The translations under genes were made by a program, and so were the position numbers. From a virus (taxonomy: Duplodnaviria > Caudoviricetes), in the IMG/VR virus record IMGVR_UViG_3300017909_002523, positions 1 through 32,473 of that record: DNA of 32,473 bases; one strand, written 5' to 3'. This document shows, piece after piece, positions 8,976 through 17,555 of this stretch. The notes beneath the pieces were generated by a model. The model did no database searches, was not told the origin of the DNA, and saw nothing but the letters and a program-made list of their open reading frames with translations. The first letter of the stretch is position 1, and each line of letters starts with the position of its first letter.

Positions 8976-9245
8976 TTACAACTCTTCGTAATGTTCGATG
9001 AGTCTTTCTAAATAGACCTTACATTTACGCAGGTCCTGTAAATTACTATCCTTCCACTTGTACCGTAAAATATATTTCAGTACGTTTGCTTCAAGATAGG
9101 AGGGCCAATCATCGACTTGTTGTTTGATTATGTCCCAACTTTCTACATCACCTTTGTTGTAATGCTCAGGCTTTAGAATTGGGTCATAACTAACATCTTT
9201 CCTAGCCTTGTTCCATTCTTTTGGCGTAATATTATCTATACTCAT
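8976..9245 (-). CDS. DUF3310 / T7 gp1.7-like nucleotide kinase family protein
   Basis: PxHY..GxxE..D, NVLKYIxRYxxK, DLxKxxxYL motifs. Confidence 0.8.
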   Translation of the reverse strand: MSIDNITPKEWNKARKDVSYDPILKPEHYNKGDVESWDIIKQQVDDWPSYLEANVLKYILRYKWKDSNLQDLRKCKVYLERLIEHYEEL

Positions 9246-9276
9246 AAAAACTCCTTCTTTATTTTTCCTTAAAATG

Positions 9277-9317
9277 TTGCGTTATGGCAATTTTAGCATT
9301 ATTATTCTTATTGTCTA
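9277..9317. promoter_or_regulatory. Overlapping divergent sigma70-like promoters
   Basis: Rightward TTGCGT(9277)-N17-TATTAT(9300). Leftward TAGACA(9317-9312)-N16-TAAAAT(9295-9290) with TGn extension. Confidence 0.5.
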
Positions 9318-9331
9318 CATTCAAGGAAGCT

Positions 9332-9517
9332 ATGGAAGATAAATTTTTGAACCAGAAAGAACTGGCGAGTCGATACAAAATATCTATAAGAACACTTAAT
9401 AACTGGCGATCAAAAGGATACGGTCCTAACTGTTATCTTATTGGTGGCAAGATACTCTATGATCAACAAGAAGTTAAAGAGTGGGAAAACGAAAACTACA
9501 AACAGATAAGTAACTAA
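9332..9517 (+). CDS. Excisionase/AlpA-like winged HTH protein
   Basis: LNQKELASRYKISIRTLNNWRSKGYGP...IGGKILY pattern; start reassigned to ATG 9332 (AAGGA RBS). Confidence 0.8.
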   Translation: MEDKFLNQKELASRYKISIRTLNNWRSKGYGPNCYLIGGKILYDQQEVKEWENENYKQISN

Positions 9518-10257
9518 TGGCACACGCCTTTTTTCCACCTAGCTCGGCGAAAACAAGCATGATTTGCTCGGCAGCACCTATGATGAATGCAAAACATGGT
9601 GAATACCAAATTGGTTTACCTGGCGCAGTAGGTACAGCCATCCATAACATTGTAGAAGTTACACTTAAAGACAGGCTTGATGGTATGACACCGGAGTCAT
9701 ATTTTCTTGGTAGAGAAGAAAGTATTGACGGTCATACTTTTGAGATAGATGAAGAAATGATAGAAACCGCAAATATCTATGTTGATTATGTAAGAAATAG
9801 AACTGAAGAATTAAACGGTAAATTATTAATTGAACAAAGATTTACCATTGATCACATTTCAGATGAGTGTTGGGGTACAGCCGATGCGGTTATTATTGGC
9901 GATCAACGGATGGAAGTCATAGATTTAAAAAGTGGTAAGTTTCCAATAGATGTAGAACATAATCCACAGTTAATGATTTATGGACTTGGAGCATTGCATC
10001 GCTATACAGACATGAACAAAACCATACAGCTAACAATTGTGCAGCCTAGAGGTTGGCACAAAGATGGTCCTATAAGATCATGGGACATCACAGCACATAA
10101 TCTTGCAAGTTGGGGTGAAGAAACACTTAAACCAGCAATCGAAGCTTCACTTGTAGAATCCCCTAAATTCGTACCGGGGGATCATTGTAAATTATGCAAT
10201 GCAAAAACAGTGTGCGAAAAATTCAGTGAATACCAAAAGGAGCAAGAAAATGACTGA
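9517..10257 (+). CDS. Cas4-like PD-(D/E)XK exonuclease (DUF2800-like)
   Basis: GTAIH, GTAD, IDLKSG, QLMIY motifs; Fe-S-type cysteines (one N-terminal, plus CKLC-x5-C). Confidence 0.85.
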   Translation: MAHAFFPPSSAKTSMICSAAPMMNAKHGEYQIGLPGAVGTAIHNIVEVTLKDRLDGMTPESYFLGREESIDGHTFEIDEEMIETANIYVDYVRNRTEELNGKLLIEQRFTIDHISDECWGTADAVIIGDQRMEVIDLKSGKFPIDVEHNPQLMIYGLGALHRYTDMNKTIQLTIVQPRGWHKDGPIRSWDITAHNLASWGEETLKPAIEASLVESPKFVPGDHCKLCNAKTVCEKFSEYQKEQEND

Positions 10258-10540
10258 AGAAAATAAGAAGGTGGAACAAGAGCAAGAGGAGAGAACCTTT
10301 TCTTTTGGTCCCGATGGTAAAGAATATAAAGAAAGCGAACTCAATGAGGAGCAATCTGTATTATTCAATAAGCGTGGCTTTGTTGAGAATCAAAGAATAC
10401 AATTCTTGAATCAAAAAGCCGATGCGGATGCAAAGATGAACTTAGAGATTGAGAAGTGTGAATTGTATTTACAAATCATTACTAATCAACTTAAAGAATC
10501 GTTAGAAGGTGAAACTAAAATAATTAAGGAGAGTAAATAA
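10250..10540 (+). CDS. Hypothetical coiled-coil protein (96 aa)
   Basis: Start reassigned to MTEENKK (AAGGAG RBS); TAATG coupling downstream. Confidence 0.7.
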   Translation: MTEENKKVEQEQEERTFSFGPDGKEYKESELNEEQSVLFNKRGFVENQRIQFLNQKADADAKMNLEIEKCELYLQIITNQLKESLEGETKIIKESK

Positions 10541-11325
10541 TGTCATTAGCAGATATCATAACAACCAAGCATGAATTAAGACCGCCACTTGGTATTGTGC
10601 ACGGCGGGCCCGGCGTAGGTAAAACACACTTAGGTTCTACTTTGCCAAATCCAATTTTTATGTTGACTGAGCCTGGCTTAGGAAAAATACAAGTTGATGC
10701 TATTAAGCCTGAACAAAATGCTACTTGGGATGACTTTATGGCTAACCTGGAAAAGATTAGAACTGAAAAGCACGATTATAAGAGTCTTATTGTAGATTCT
10801 TTAGATTGGCTACAGCCTCTTTGCCATGACAAGACATGTAAAGAAATGGGTTATGCCTCGATAGAGAGCGCAGGCTACGGAAAAGGCTACACAGAATCTC
10901 TTAAGTTTTGGAGACAATATATTGATCTCTTAAATACAATTAGGGATGAAAGAAAAATGACAATCTTACAATTAGCTCACTCGCAAGTGAAAAGATTTGA
11001 GCCACCTGAAGCAGAGAGCTATGACCGTTGGGAGCTCAAGCTTGATAAAAAAGTTGGTGAGTTAATGCTTGAGCATGTTGACTTTTGTTTTTATGCAGCT
11101 TATGAAACAGGCGTAGCACAAGAAAAAGGTTCAAACGGTAAACTTGTTAGCAAGACACGCACAACCAAAAGAAGAATATGTCATACCACATGGAAGCCGC
11201 ATTGGGTTGCTAAAAATAGATACGCCCTACCGGAAGTCTTAGACATGGATTGGAGTGTTATCAGATCAGCAATCATCGGTGAAGCAAGTGAGTCTAAAGC
11301 AAAAGCTAAAGATGAATCTAGTTGA
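10540..11325 (+). CDS. Sak4-like / AAA_24 P-loop ATPase (recombination)
   Basis: Walker A GGPGVGKT, Walker B LIVDSLD, GYGKGY, C-terminal AKNRY; located between exonuclease and SSB-like gene. Confidence 0.85.
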   Translation: MSLADIITTKHELRPPLGIVHGGPGVGKTHLGSTLPNPIFMLTEPGLGKIQVDAIKPEQNATWDDFMANLEKIRTEKHDYKSLIVDSLDWLQPLCHDKTCKEMGYASIESAGYGKGYTESLKFWRQYIDLLNTIRDERKMTILQLAHSQVKRFEPPEAESYDRWELKLDKKVGELMLEHVDFCFYAAYETGVAQEKGSNGKLVSKTRTTKRRICHTTWKPHWVAKNRYALPEVLDMDWSVIRSAIIGEASESKAKAKDESS

Positions 11326-11488
11326 TGAAGTTAAATTGGCTCGGTCTATTTTAGACCGCCAATTATCTGAGGACCCTGAGGATCATCATAGGATTGAAGG
11401 GGTTAGTCATTGGTTATCGAATGTTATTGGAGAGCTAGACGAAATGGTTGAATGGCTAGAAGACTACAATACATACGACCCAGGTTAA
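11312..11488 (+). CDS. Hypothetical protein (58 aa)
   Basis: Likely start MNLVDE at 11312; fills the operon gap. Confidence 0.6.
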   Translation: MNLVDEVKLARSILDRQLSEDPEDHHRIEGVSHWLSNVIGELDEMVEWLEDYNTYDPG

Positions 11489-11516
11489 ACAATAATCAAA
11501 AATAAGGAGTAAAAAA

Positions 11517-11996
11517 ATGGTTGATTATACACAAGTAAACAATACTGAATTTAACAAGGAAAATTTTCCGGATTCAGTGTTACCAGGAAAACATAATGTT
11601 GAATACGTTGGTTGCGATGAAGGTATCGTTAGCCAAAAGGATGCTTACAAAGACTTTCAATGGCATAAGCTCAAGTTTAGAGTTGAGAATAGTCAGTTGG
11701 AAGTTGGTATCTTGCTTGCTGATAAAGGCGATGACAGTGCGTTAATCAAAACACAAACAGTTGTTAGTGCTATTGGTAATGCTATGGGTATTAATTCAGT
11801 TAGCAGCAGCGATCAATTTCTTGGTAAATCAATTAATGTTGATCTAGTAATGAAAGAAAACGGATATTTGGATATAGACTTAGGCTATTCCGGTAAATCT
11901 CGATCATGTTCTAACATACGTCCCGTTGCGGATGCAGTTAAAGCGCCAGAGGTAAAGGAAAGTGCTGAGATCACAGACGAAAATATTCCCTTTTAA
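11517..11996 (+). CDS. ssDNA-binding protein-like (DUF669-type)
   Basis: Acidic C-terminal tail ending DENIPF; PGK motif; follows the Sak4-like gene; TAAGGAG RBS. Confidence 0.7.
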   Translation: MVDYTQVNNTEFNKENFPDSVLPGKHNVEYVGCDEGIVSQKDAYKDFQWHKLKFRVENSQLEVGILLADKGDDSALIKTQTVVSAIGNAMGINSVSSSDQFLGKSINVDLVMKENGYLDIDLGYSGKSRSCSNIRPVADAVKAPEVKESAEITDENIPF

Positions 11997-12375
11997 TAAA
12001 TTACACGCAAATAGGCCTAGTCTTTGTGCATATTGCGGACTAGGGGCTGGGCCTTTACTTAAATTAGATGCTGAAAAAGAAACTGCATACACGTTTTGTA
12101 CTAACAAACACATGCATGCATTTGAACGAGGAGAGAGAAAGTTGACAGCGATTACATTAAACAAAACAGCCGTAACGCATTCACTTACCAAAAGCAAAGA
12201 ACGCATATTAGAAGTAGCTAAAAATAATAAAAGTTATAGCTTGTCTGATTGGTCCAAAGAGGATTGGGAAGACGTAGCTGCTAGTATTTGCTTACATTAC
12301 ATTAAATATGTAACTCTCCAAGCTCAAAACGGAAGCATAGAAGACCTTTCGGAAAGCCTGGATGGATTACAGTAA
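11962..12375 (+). CDS. Zn-finger-containing hypothetical protein
   Basis: CAYC...FCxxxH; directly precedes the primase; GTG start uncertain. Confidence 0.6.
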   Translation: MLRSQTKIFPFNKLHANRPSLCAYCGLGAGPLLKLDAEKETAYTFCTNKHMHAFERGERKLTAITLNKTAVTHSLTKSKERILEVAKNNKSYSLSDWSKEDWEDVAASICLHYIKYVTLQAQNGSIEDLSESLDGLQ

Positions 12376-14230
12376 TACATTTAATCAATTAAAACCCAAA
12401 GAGAAAGCACTTAAATTTGATAGTGTTGGCAGTGTTTATGACTTGATGTCAGAAATGCAATCCAATGGCTTATCTGTTAATACCATTGATACATCCGGAA
12501 AACTGACACGATGTCAAGTTTTAGACTCTTTAGGCGGTAGAAGCGATAAAGGCAATGAAAAATCCGGTTGGTATATTTACCATCAATTAGACGAACATTT
12601 TGTTTGTGTCTATGGTAATTGGCGTACCGGAGCCGAGTTCAAATACACATCCTATGAAAAAATTGACACGCTGTCAGATTTAGAGCGGCGAGCTATTTAC
12701 GACAAGCTTGAGGATGCTAAAAAGCGGGGTGAGATAGCCAAACATGAAAAATATGAAAACGTGGCTATAAGCGTAGAAACGGAGTTTAAGGAAGCGGAAG
12801 ATGTTACCTGGCATAAGTACCTCGATGATAAGCAAGTTAAAATAGTTAATGGGTTGAAATTAAAAGGTGATACGCTTTTAATTCCCATCTATTCTATCAT
12901 AAAGGGTAGTGATAATGGGTTATCACGAAGAAAAATAATACGATCTTTACAATATATTAAACCCGATGGCACAAAAAGGTTTAAATCCGGCGGTGAAGTG
13001 TCCGGAAACTTCTTCCCAATTGGCTTTGATGTTACTGATTTAGATACTTTAAATAAGTTAGTTATATGCGAGGGATTAGCTACCGGTATTAGTATCCATC
13101 AAGCATGCGGGCTGCCGGTGGCGGTGGTCTTTTCAGCTAATTTTGGTTTAAACGCCGTTACTAAATTAAGGTCATTTACACAAGCTCAGTTTCTAATATG
13201 CTTTGATAATGATGAAAGCAATGTTGGAGAGGAAAAGGCAAGAGAGATAGTATCAGCAACCCCTAATGCGCTATCTCGATTGCCCTCTAACAAAGGTGAT
13301 TTTAATGACATTGCACAATCACAAGGTTTAGAACAAGTAGCTAAAGAAATACATAACCAAGCTTTAGGTGTTTTATCGCATAGTGCGAAAAACTTTAAAG
13401 ACTCTCCTCAGCCTAGAGCTTGGTTAGTCGATAGATTTATCGAACATGGTAAACCAGGCATACTAGCCGCCGTAGGCGGTATCGGGAAAAGCTTCCTTAT
13501 GCTTGATCTATGTTTGAAGATTAGCAACGGCGAGGGCGATTGGTTAGGTAAAGCGATTAAGCGGCACGGAAATACTTGCATGCTTGCAAGCGAGGACGAT
13601 ACGCAAGAGATTAATAGACGTATTCACCTATTAGACCCGTACAAGAAGCGTATGGACTCTAAGTACGATTCTTACATTGTCCCGGTACCAGACTTAGGGC
13701 AACCCATTACGCTTATTAGAGAAGACCGTGAGGGCCTTAGAATCACTGAACAAGGACATGAGCTATTAGAAGAGCTTAAGAATATTACAAATTTAGAGTT
13801 AGTTGTATTAGACCCAATACAGTCTTTTGTTGCTGCACCTATTACCACGTCTCAAGAAAGCGCTCAATTATGGGGTCAATTTATGACCATGATCAGCGCA
13901 CAAACAGGCGCTACCACGGTGGCGGTACATCATATGAATAAAACGGCACTATTAGGCGGCAGCGATACCATTACCGCCAGGGCTCAAATAAGGGGCTCAA
14001 GTTCATTATTAGACTCAGTTAGATTTGCTATTAGTTTATTCCTATCAAGCGAAGAAGAAGCTGAAAAGATATGTTTCGAAAACGGTGTTGATTTAGACCG
14101 CTTTAGAGTTATTAAAGCGGGGATTGTTAAAACCAATAGCGGCGAAGTTGATACTAGCCTTATTACGCTCTTTAGAAAAGATGCTATTTTAGAAGTTTAT
14201 GATGGTCAAAAGTCTATCTTGTGGGATTGA
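12362..14230 (+). CDS. Primase-helicase (Toprim + RepA/AAA_25-like SF4 helicase)
   Basis: CEGLATG, FDND, GDFND Toprim motifs; Walker A GGIGKS, LVVLDP, HHMNK, RGSS. Confidence 0.9.
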   Translation: MDYSNTFNQLKPKEKALKFDSVGSVYDLMSEMQSNGLSVNTIDTSGKLTRCQVLDSLGGRSDKGNEKSGWYIYHQLDEHFVCVYGNWRTGAEFKYTSYEKIDTLSDLERRAIYDKLEDAKKRGEIAKHEKYENVAISVETEFKEAEDVTWHKYLDDKQVKIVNGLKLKGDTLLIPIYSIIKGSDNGLSRRKIIRSLQYIKPDGTKRFKSGGEVSGNFFPIGFDVTDLDTLNKLVICEGLATGISIHQACGLPVAVVFSANFGLNAVTKLRSFTQAQFLICFDNDESNVGEEKAREIVSATPNALSRLPSNKGDFNDIAQSQGLEQVAKEIHNQALGVLSHSAKNFKDSPQPRAWLVDRFIEHGKPGILAAVGGIGKSFLMLDLCLKISNGEGDWLGKAIKRHGNTCMLASEDDTQEINRRIHLLDPYKKRMDSKYDSYIVPVPDLGQPITLIREDREGLRITEQGHELLEELKNITNLELVVLDPIQSFVAAPITTSQESAQLWGQFMTMISAQTGATTVAVHHMNKTALLGGSDTITARAQIRGSSSLLDSVRFAISLFLSSEEEAEKICFENGVDLDRFRVIKAGIVKTNSGEVDTSLITLFRKDAILEVYDGQKSILWD

Positions 14231-14232
14231 TC

Positions 14233-14350
14233 AATGGTACACCCATATGTGCAATAATAGTACACCCGTGTGTACAATAATGGTATACCCATATGTGCAT
14301 ATATCCATAATAATAATAATATTAGGCTTAATGCTTCGCATACGCCTAAT
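14233..14350. repeat. Putative replication origin: three 23-bp iterons, AT-rich tract, hairpin
   Basis: Units at 14233, 14256 and 14279 (AATRGTAYACCCRTRTGTRCAWW), then (TAA)n, then ATTAGGC/GCCTAAT stem enclosing ATGC-TTC-GCAT. Confidence 0.7.
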
Positions 14351-14377
14351 TAGTAATACTATTAGGAAAGTTAAAGT

Positions 14378-14812
14378 ATGGAATTAGAAGATCGTTTTTG
14401 GTGGATTGAAGCCGGGGAAATACAGGACCCACGGCATTCAGCATGCGTGCATGTTAACGTGCATGCACGGATGAGCGATTATAAAAAGTTAAAGGGCTAT
14501 GCATGGAAGTGGTTCAGACATGCATGCGGGCAAGGCGATATAAGTAGTAGGGATAAGATAATTCTTTGGGCTATTACGGAAAGGCATAGAGCCGCTAGTT
14601 TTTCTTGTAGGGATAGTTTTAGTTATTTAGGCAAGATGACCGGCTTGTCCCGTGGTAGTGTTAGAAAGGCTATAGACTCATTACAGAAACATAAATATAT
14701 ATGGTTGGTCCCGGAATGGGAAAGGCGAGTTATTAAGAAGTCCCTAGGCGCTACTAGAAAGCATATCTTATTAGTAGGCTTAGGGTATCTTATAGAGAAA
14801 GAAGAGCGTTAA
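14378..14812 (+). CDS. Winged-HTH protein (replication initiator-like or regulator)
   Basis: SFSYLGKMTGLSRGSVRKAIDSLQKHKYI HTH pattern; adjacent to the iterons. Confidence 0.65.
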   Translation: MELEDRFWWIEAGEIQDPRHSACVHVNVHARMSDYKKLKGYAWKWFRHACGQGDISSRDKIILWAITERHRAASFSCRDSFSYLGKMTGLSRGSVRKAIDSLQKHKYIWLVPEWERRVIKKSLGATRKHILLVGLGYLIEKEER

Positions 14813-15054
14813 TTAAGCTTATCAGATATAAACTCTTGCCATAACTCATATCGTGGTGAATCATAATCAGCCATTGAATAGACCATATCAAATTGATCTA
14901 TCCATTCACCTAGTAGCCAAAATATATCTTCACTTCCGGAAAGTCCATTTTGATCTAGGTATTCATAAAATTTATCATCACTTGATGCAATATCAAAAAA
15001 ACACATGATTCGATATGCATATGGATTTTGGTTCTCTTCTCTTATATTACTCAT
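14809..15054 (-). CDS. Acidic hypothetical protein (81 aa)
   Basis: GGGGG RBS; last gene of the leftward operon. Confidence 0.7.
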   Translation of the reverse strand: MSNIREENQNPYAYRIMCFFDIASSDDKFYEYLDQNGLSGSEDIFWLLGEWIDQFDMVYSMADYDSPRYELWQEFISDKLN

Positions 15055-15058
15055 TTTT

Positions 15059-15220
15059 TTATTCCCCCTTTTTATTACCCTTTCTTAGGTTTTTAGCAAA
15101 AAGCTGCACCAGGTGTTTAGTTCCTTTAGGAATCCAAACAGTAACCCTCTGCAAGCCTTTTTCTAGCTGCCTTTTGAAATAGTCATCTTGATGTTTAAAT
15201 TTGTTGTTTTCTTCTTGCAT
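15059..15220 (-). CDS. 53-aa protein, possible RHH/DUF3018-like
   Basis: MQEENNKFKHQDDYFKRQLEKGLQRVTVWIPKGTK...; AAGGA RBS; not in the ORF track. Confidence 0.6.
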   Translation of the reverse strand: MQEENNKFKHQDDYFKRQLEKGLQRVTVWIPKGTKHLVQLFAKNLRKGNKKGE

Positions 15221-15449
15221 AATTTAACTTCCTTTTTTTATTTATTAGTTCTTTAGTATCGTTTAGGGCTTCTTGTAGATTGTCCCATAGTTCATTTTTA
15301 GCGGTTTTGGTATCTTCTTTGTTTAGCTCAGTTAGTATTATTAGGTCTCTTTTCTTTGGTATCCACGTTAGCCAATATTGTTTGTCCTTATCGGACCATT
15401 CCCATTTAATAACTTTATTGAGTAAATCAGACTTATAAAAACACGTCAT
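15195..15449 (-). CDS. Hypothetical protein (84 aa)
   Basis: ATGA-coupled within the leftward operon. Confidence 0.7.
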   Translation of the reverse strand: MTCFYKSDLLNKVIKWEWSDKDKQYWLTWIPKKRDLIILTELNKEDTKTAKNELWDNLQEALNDTKELINKKRKLNYARRKQQI

Positions 15450-15640
15450 TCTTTTAGCTGATAACTGAAAGCTATATTTTCTAAAACCTTTTTAAGCAGC
15501 TTAAATTCCTTTTCTTCTTCTTCGTTTAGTGTTTTAGCTTCAAATTTTTTATATAAATATCCTAGGCGGTAATCATGCAAGATATCTAAAAAAAGCTGCA
15601 CTTCTTCGCTATCGCTAAACATTATTCTGCGTATATCCAT
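15446..15640 (-). CDS. Hypothetical protein (64 aa)
   Basis: GAGGA RBS; tight packing. Confidence 0.7.
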   Translation of the reverse strand: MDIRRIMFSDSEEVQLFLDILHDYRLGYLYKKFEAKTLNEEEEKEFKLLKKVLENIAFSYQLKE

Positions 15641-15642
15641 AT

Positions 15643-15897
15643 TTAGAGTTCCTCGATGGTATTAAATAACTTATTAACATAACTTTTAAACATTAGTGGT
15701 AATTCTGAAAATTCTTCATCTATGCCCAAAAATCCCTTTTGCTGCTCTTCTAAGAATTCTATAAACTTTAAAAATTCTTCTTCTGTTAGCCCATTGGTAA
15801 AGACTTCTAAAAAAACCGTTTCTATGGCTTGTGTGAGCTTCTCATAGCCTTTTTGAGTCAATCCTAGTTCATCAAAGTATTTATAGTTAAATCTCAT
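15643..15897 (-). CDS. Acidic hypothetical protein (84 aa)
   Basis: GGGAGCAATTAAATG start junction. Confidence 0.7.
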   Translation of the reverse strand: MRFNYKYFDELGLTQKGYEKLTQAIETVFLEVFTNGLTEEEFLKFIEFLEEQQKGFLGIDEEFSELPLMFKSYVNKLFNTIEEL

Positions 15898-16102
15898 TTA
15901 ATTGCTCCCGTAAGTTTTTTATTTCTTCCCGGTAATTTCTCATGCTTAGATTACATATATCTTTAAATGTCTTAGCTTTGGAAATAGCCTTTATATCTAA
16001 TATAAAGTCTTCTATTGGTTCATTTTCTGAATCTATTAGCAGCATTTCAATAATCTGTTTACGCCTTTCTTCTATGGCCTGTTTAAGATTGTTTTTAGTC
16101 AT
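15887..16102 (-). CDS. Hypothetical protein (71 aa)
   Basis: GGAGCAATTAAATG start junction. Confidence 0.7.
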   Translation of the reverse strand: MTKNNLKQAIEERRKQIIEMLLIDSENEPIEDFILDIKAISKAKTFKDICNLSMRNYREEIKNLREQLNEI

Positions 16103-16115
16103 TTAATTGCTCCAT

Positions 16116-16634
16116 TTAGTAAAGATTGCCATCAATCAAATATTCATAATCATTTGCTTCGGCTAGTTCCCGGTAATTTTCAACTGAATAATGCTGACGG
16201 TTATCGTCATAGTATTCATCGGTAAAAGTTTTTATAAGCTCATTAATAAAGTCATTTAGTGAGTATTTATCACTCAATAACTTAATATTTTTAATACAAA
16301 ATTCATATAACACATCATCCATGTAATAAGGAATTTTATAATCTTCGAGCCGGTCCAACATAATATTTTTAATCTCATTAACACCATTACATTCATCATA
16401 GTATGATGTTTCTAGTGTTATATGATCTTTATAATCCGGATATTCGCTATAAGATAAAGAATAGCTTTTTATTGGTATCATAAGTTCATCTGTAATACGC
16501 TTTAATGATTCCATATTATCATCCGCCCACCCGGGTATGTTGTGCTCATCTTCTAGCCATTGTTCATAAGCCCTTTCTTTGCTTTCTTCGCTCAGTTCCC
16601 TATAACTGAATAGTTTTAATTTTATTTCTCGCAT
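16116..16634 (-). CDS. Acidic, Tyr-rich hypothetical protein (172 aa)
   Basis: N-terminal ELSEESKERA and C-terminal EANDYEY..DG resemble a phage/plasmid family I recall being loosely labelled as an antitoxin; function unverified. Confidence 0.7.
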   Translation of the reverse strand: MREIKLKLFSYRELSEESKERAYEQWLEDEHNIPGWADDNMESLKRITDELMIPIKSYSLSYSEYPDYKDHITLETSYYDECNGVNEIKNIMLDRLEDYKIPYYMDDVLYEFCIKNIKLLSDKYSLNDFINELIKTFTDEYYDDNRQHYSVENYRELAEANDYEYLIDGNLY

Positions 16635-16847
16635 TTATTCGCTCCCTTTTAAATATTCTTTCTTTTTTCTTCTCAGTTCACTTTTAAAAGCTGCCCGTGC
16701 TTCTTCTAGCTCATAGCCTATATAGTTCTCTGAATGATCTATTTCTATCCCATCGAAGTGGATATATCCGGATATCTTTAATGAACAATCCCCGGTTATA
16801 TGGCTTGTTACATACTCGCAAGTATATATATCAATATAATTTTCCAT
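16635..16847 (-). CDS. Hypothetical protein (70 aa)
   Basis: Start reassigned to MENYID (GGGGG RBS). Confidence 0.65.
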   Translation of the reverse strand: MENYIDIYTCEYVTSHITGDCSLKISGYIHFDGIEIDHSENYIGYELEEARAAFKSELRRKKKEYLKGSE

Positions 16848-16998
16848 CTTTACCCCCTTCATAACATGCACCGCATAGCATTTTATCAAGCGGTACTTCG
16901 TTTAAATCTTTGTAATCGTGTTCTTCGTGGTTATTATTATCAATAATGTAATCGGCTTTATAACCGCATTCATTACAACATCCCATTGATTTATCCAT
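16831..16998 (-). CDS. 55-aa Zn-ribbon protein
   Basis: MDKSMGCCNECGY...LCGACYEG; CxxC/CxxC; GGGAG RBS; not in the ORF track. Confidence 0.7.
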   Translation of the reverse strand: MDKSMGCCNECGYKADYIIDNNNHEEHDYKDLNEVPLDKMLCGACYEGGKDGKLY

Positions 16999-17000
16999 TT

Positions 17001-17132
17001 TTATGCTCCCGGTTTTTTAGTTTCTTTTATTTTGATAATGTATGTTTTTTCTAATGTGCAAAGGATGGTATTTGTTATCTCATCATCTTGCTCAAAATTT
17101 TCTAATGATTTTATTAAATCTTTAACTTTCAT
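17001..17132 (-). CDS. 43-aa hypothetical protein (MKVKDLIKSLENFEQDDEI...)
   Basis: GGGAG RBS; fills the gap exactly. Confidence 0.65.
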   Translation of the reverse strand: MKVKDLIKSLENFEQDDEITNTILCTLEKTYIIKIKETKKPGA

Positions 17133-17134
17133 TT

Positions 17135-17287
17135 TTATGCTCCCTTTAAAAAGTTTAATTGATCGCTTCTCAGCTTGTTGTTATGTTGGCATTTCATAGC
17201 GTATTTAATCAGCGCTAGAAAAGTATTAAATTTATGGCTTTCAATCTTTACGCCGTTAACAGTGGTTTTATAAGTACGTTTTTTCAT
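17135..17287 (-). CDS. 50-aa hypothetical protein (MKKRTYKTTVNGVKIES...)
   Basis: ATGA coupling, GGGGG RBS. Confidence 0.65.
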   Translation of the reverse strand: MKKRTYKTTVNGVKIESHKFNTFLALIKYAMKCQHNNKLRSDQLNFLKGA

Positions 17288-17547
17288 AACTTCCCCCTTA
17301 AAGCTTTTAATGTTGATTCTTGCTCCGTATGATTTACATGTGATTGATTTAAAATATTATTGTCAAAGGTCCAACACTTCATATAGCGATTATAAGAACC
17401 TGTATTCCATCCATTAGTTAAGGACGTACCATTAGCGCAATATTGCCAACCATTCTTTAATAAATGATTTCTTCCTTTCACAAGTCCGGCTTGCATAATA
17501 TATTGGCTGCCGTTGTATGTTTCTTTTGTTTCTATTGGTATATACAT
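17284..17547 (-). CDS. Hypothetical protein (87 aa)
   Basis: AGGGGG RBS; operon context. Confidence 0.7.
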   Translation of the reverse strand: MYIPIETKETYNGSQYIMQAGLVKGRNHLLKNGWQYCANGTSLTNGWNTGSYNRYMKCWTFDNNILNQSHVNHTEQESTLKALRGKL

Positions 17548-17555
17548 TATTCCCC

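Noticed and set aside
9517-10257. Cas4 as evidence of a CRISPR system
   Set aside because: No other cas genes or array; it sits in a standard exonuclease/Sak4-like/SSB module.
8196-12888. Antisense ORFs at 8196, 11904 and 12697
   Set aside because: They overlap well-supported + strand genes.
14233-14301. CRISPR mini-array
   Set aside because: The 23-bp units are head-to-tail with no spacers.
14199-14387. 62-aa ORF from the track
   Set aside because: It translates the iterons and the (TAA)n tract and has no RBS.
15059-16634. Type II toxin-antitoxin pair
   Set aside because: Two antitoxin-like resemblances but no recognisable toxin, and the genes are not adjacent.
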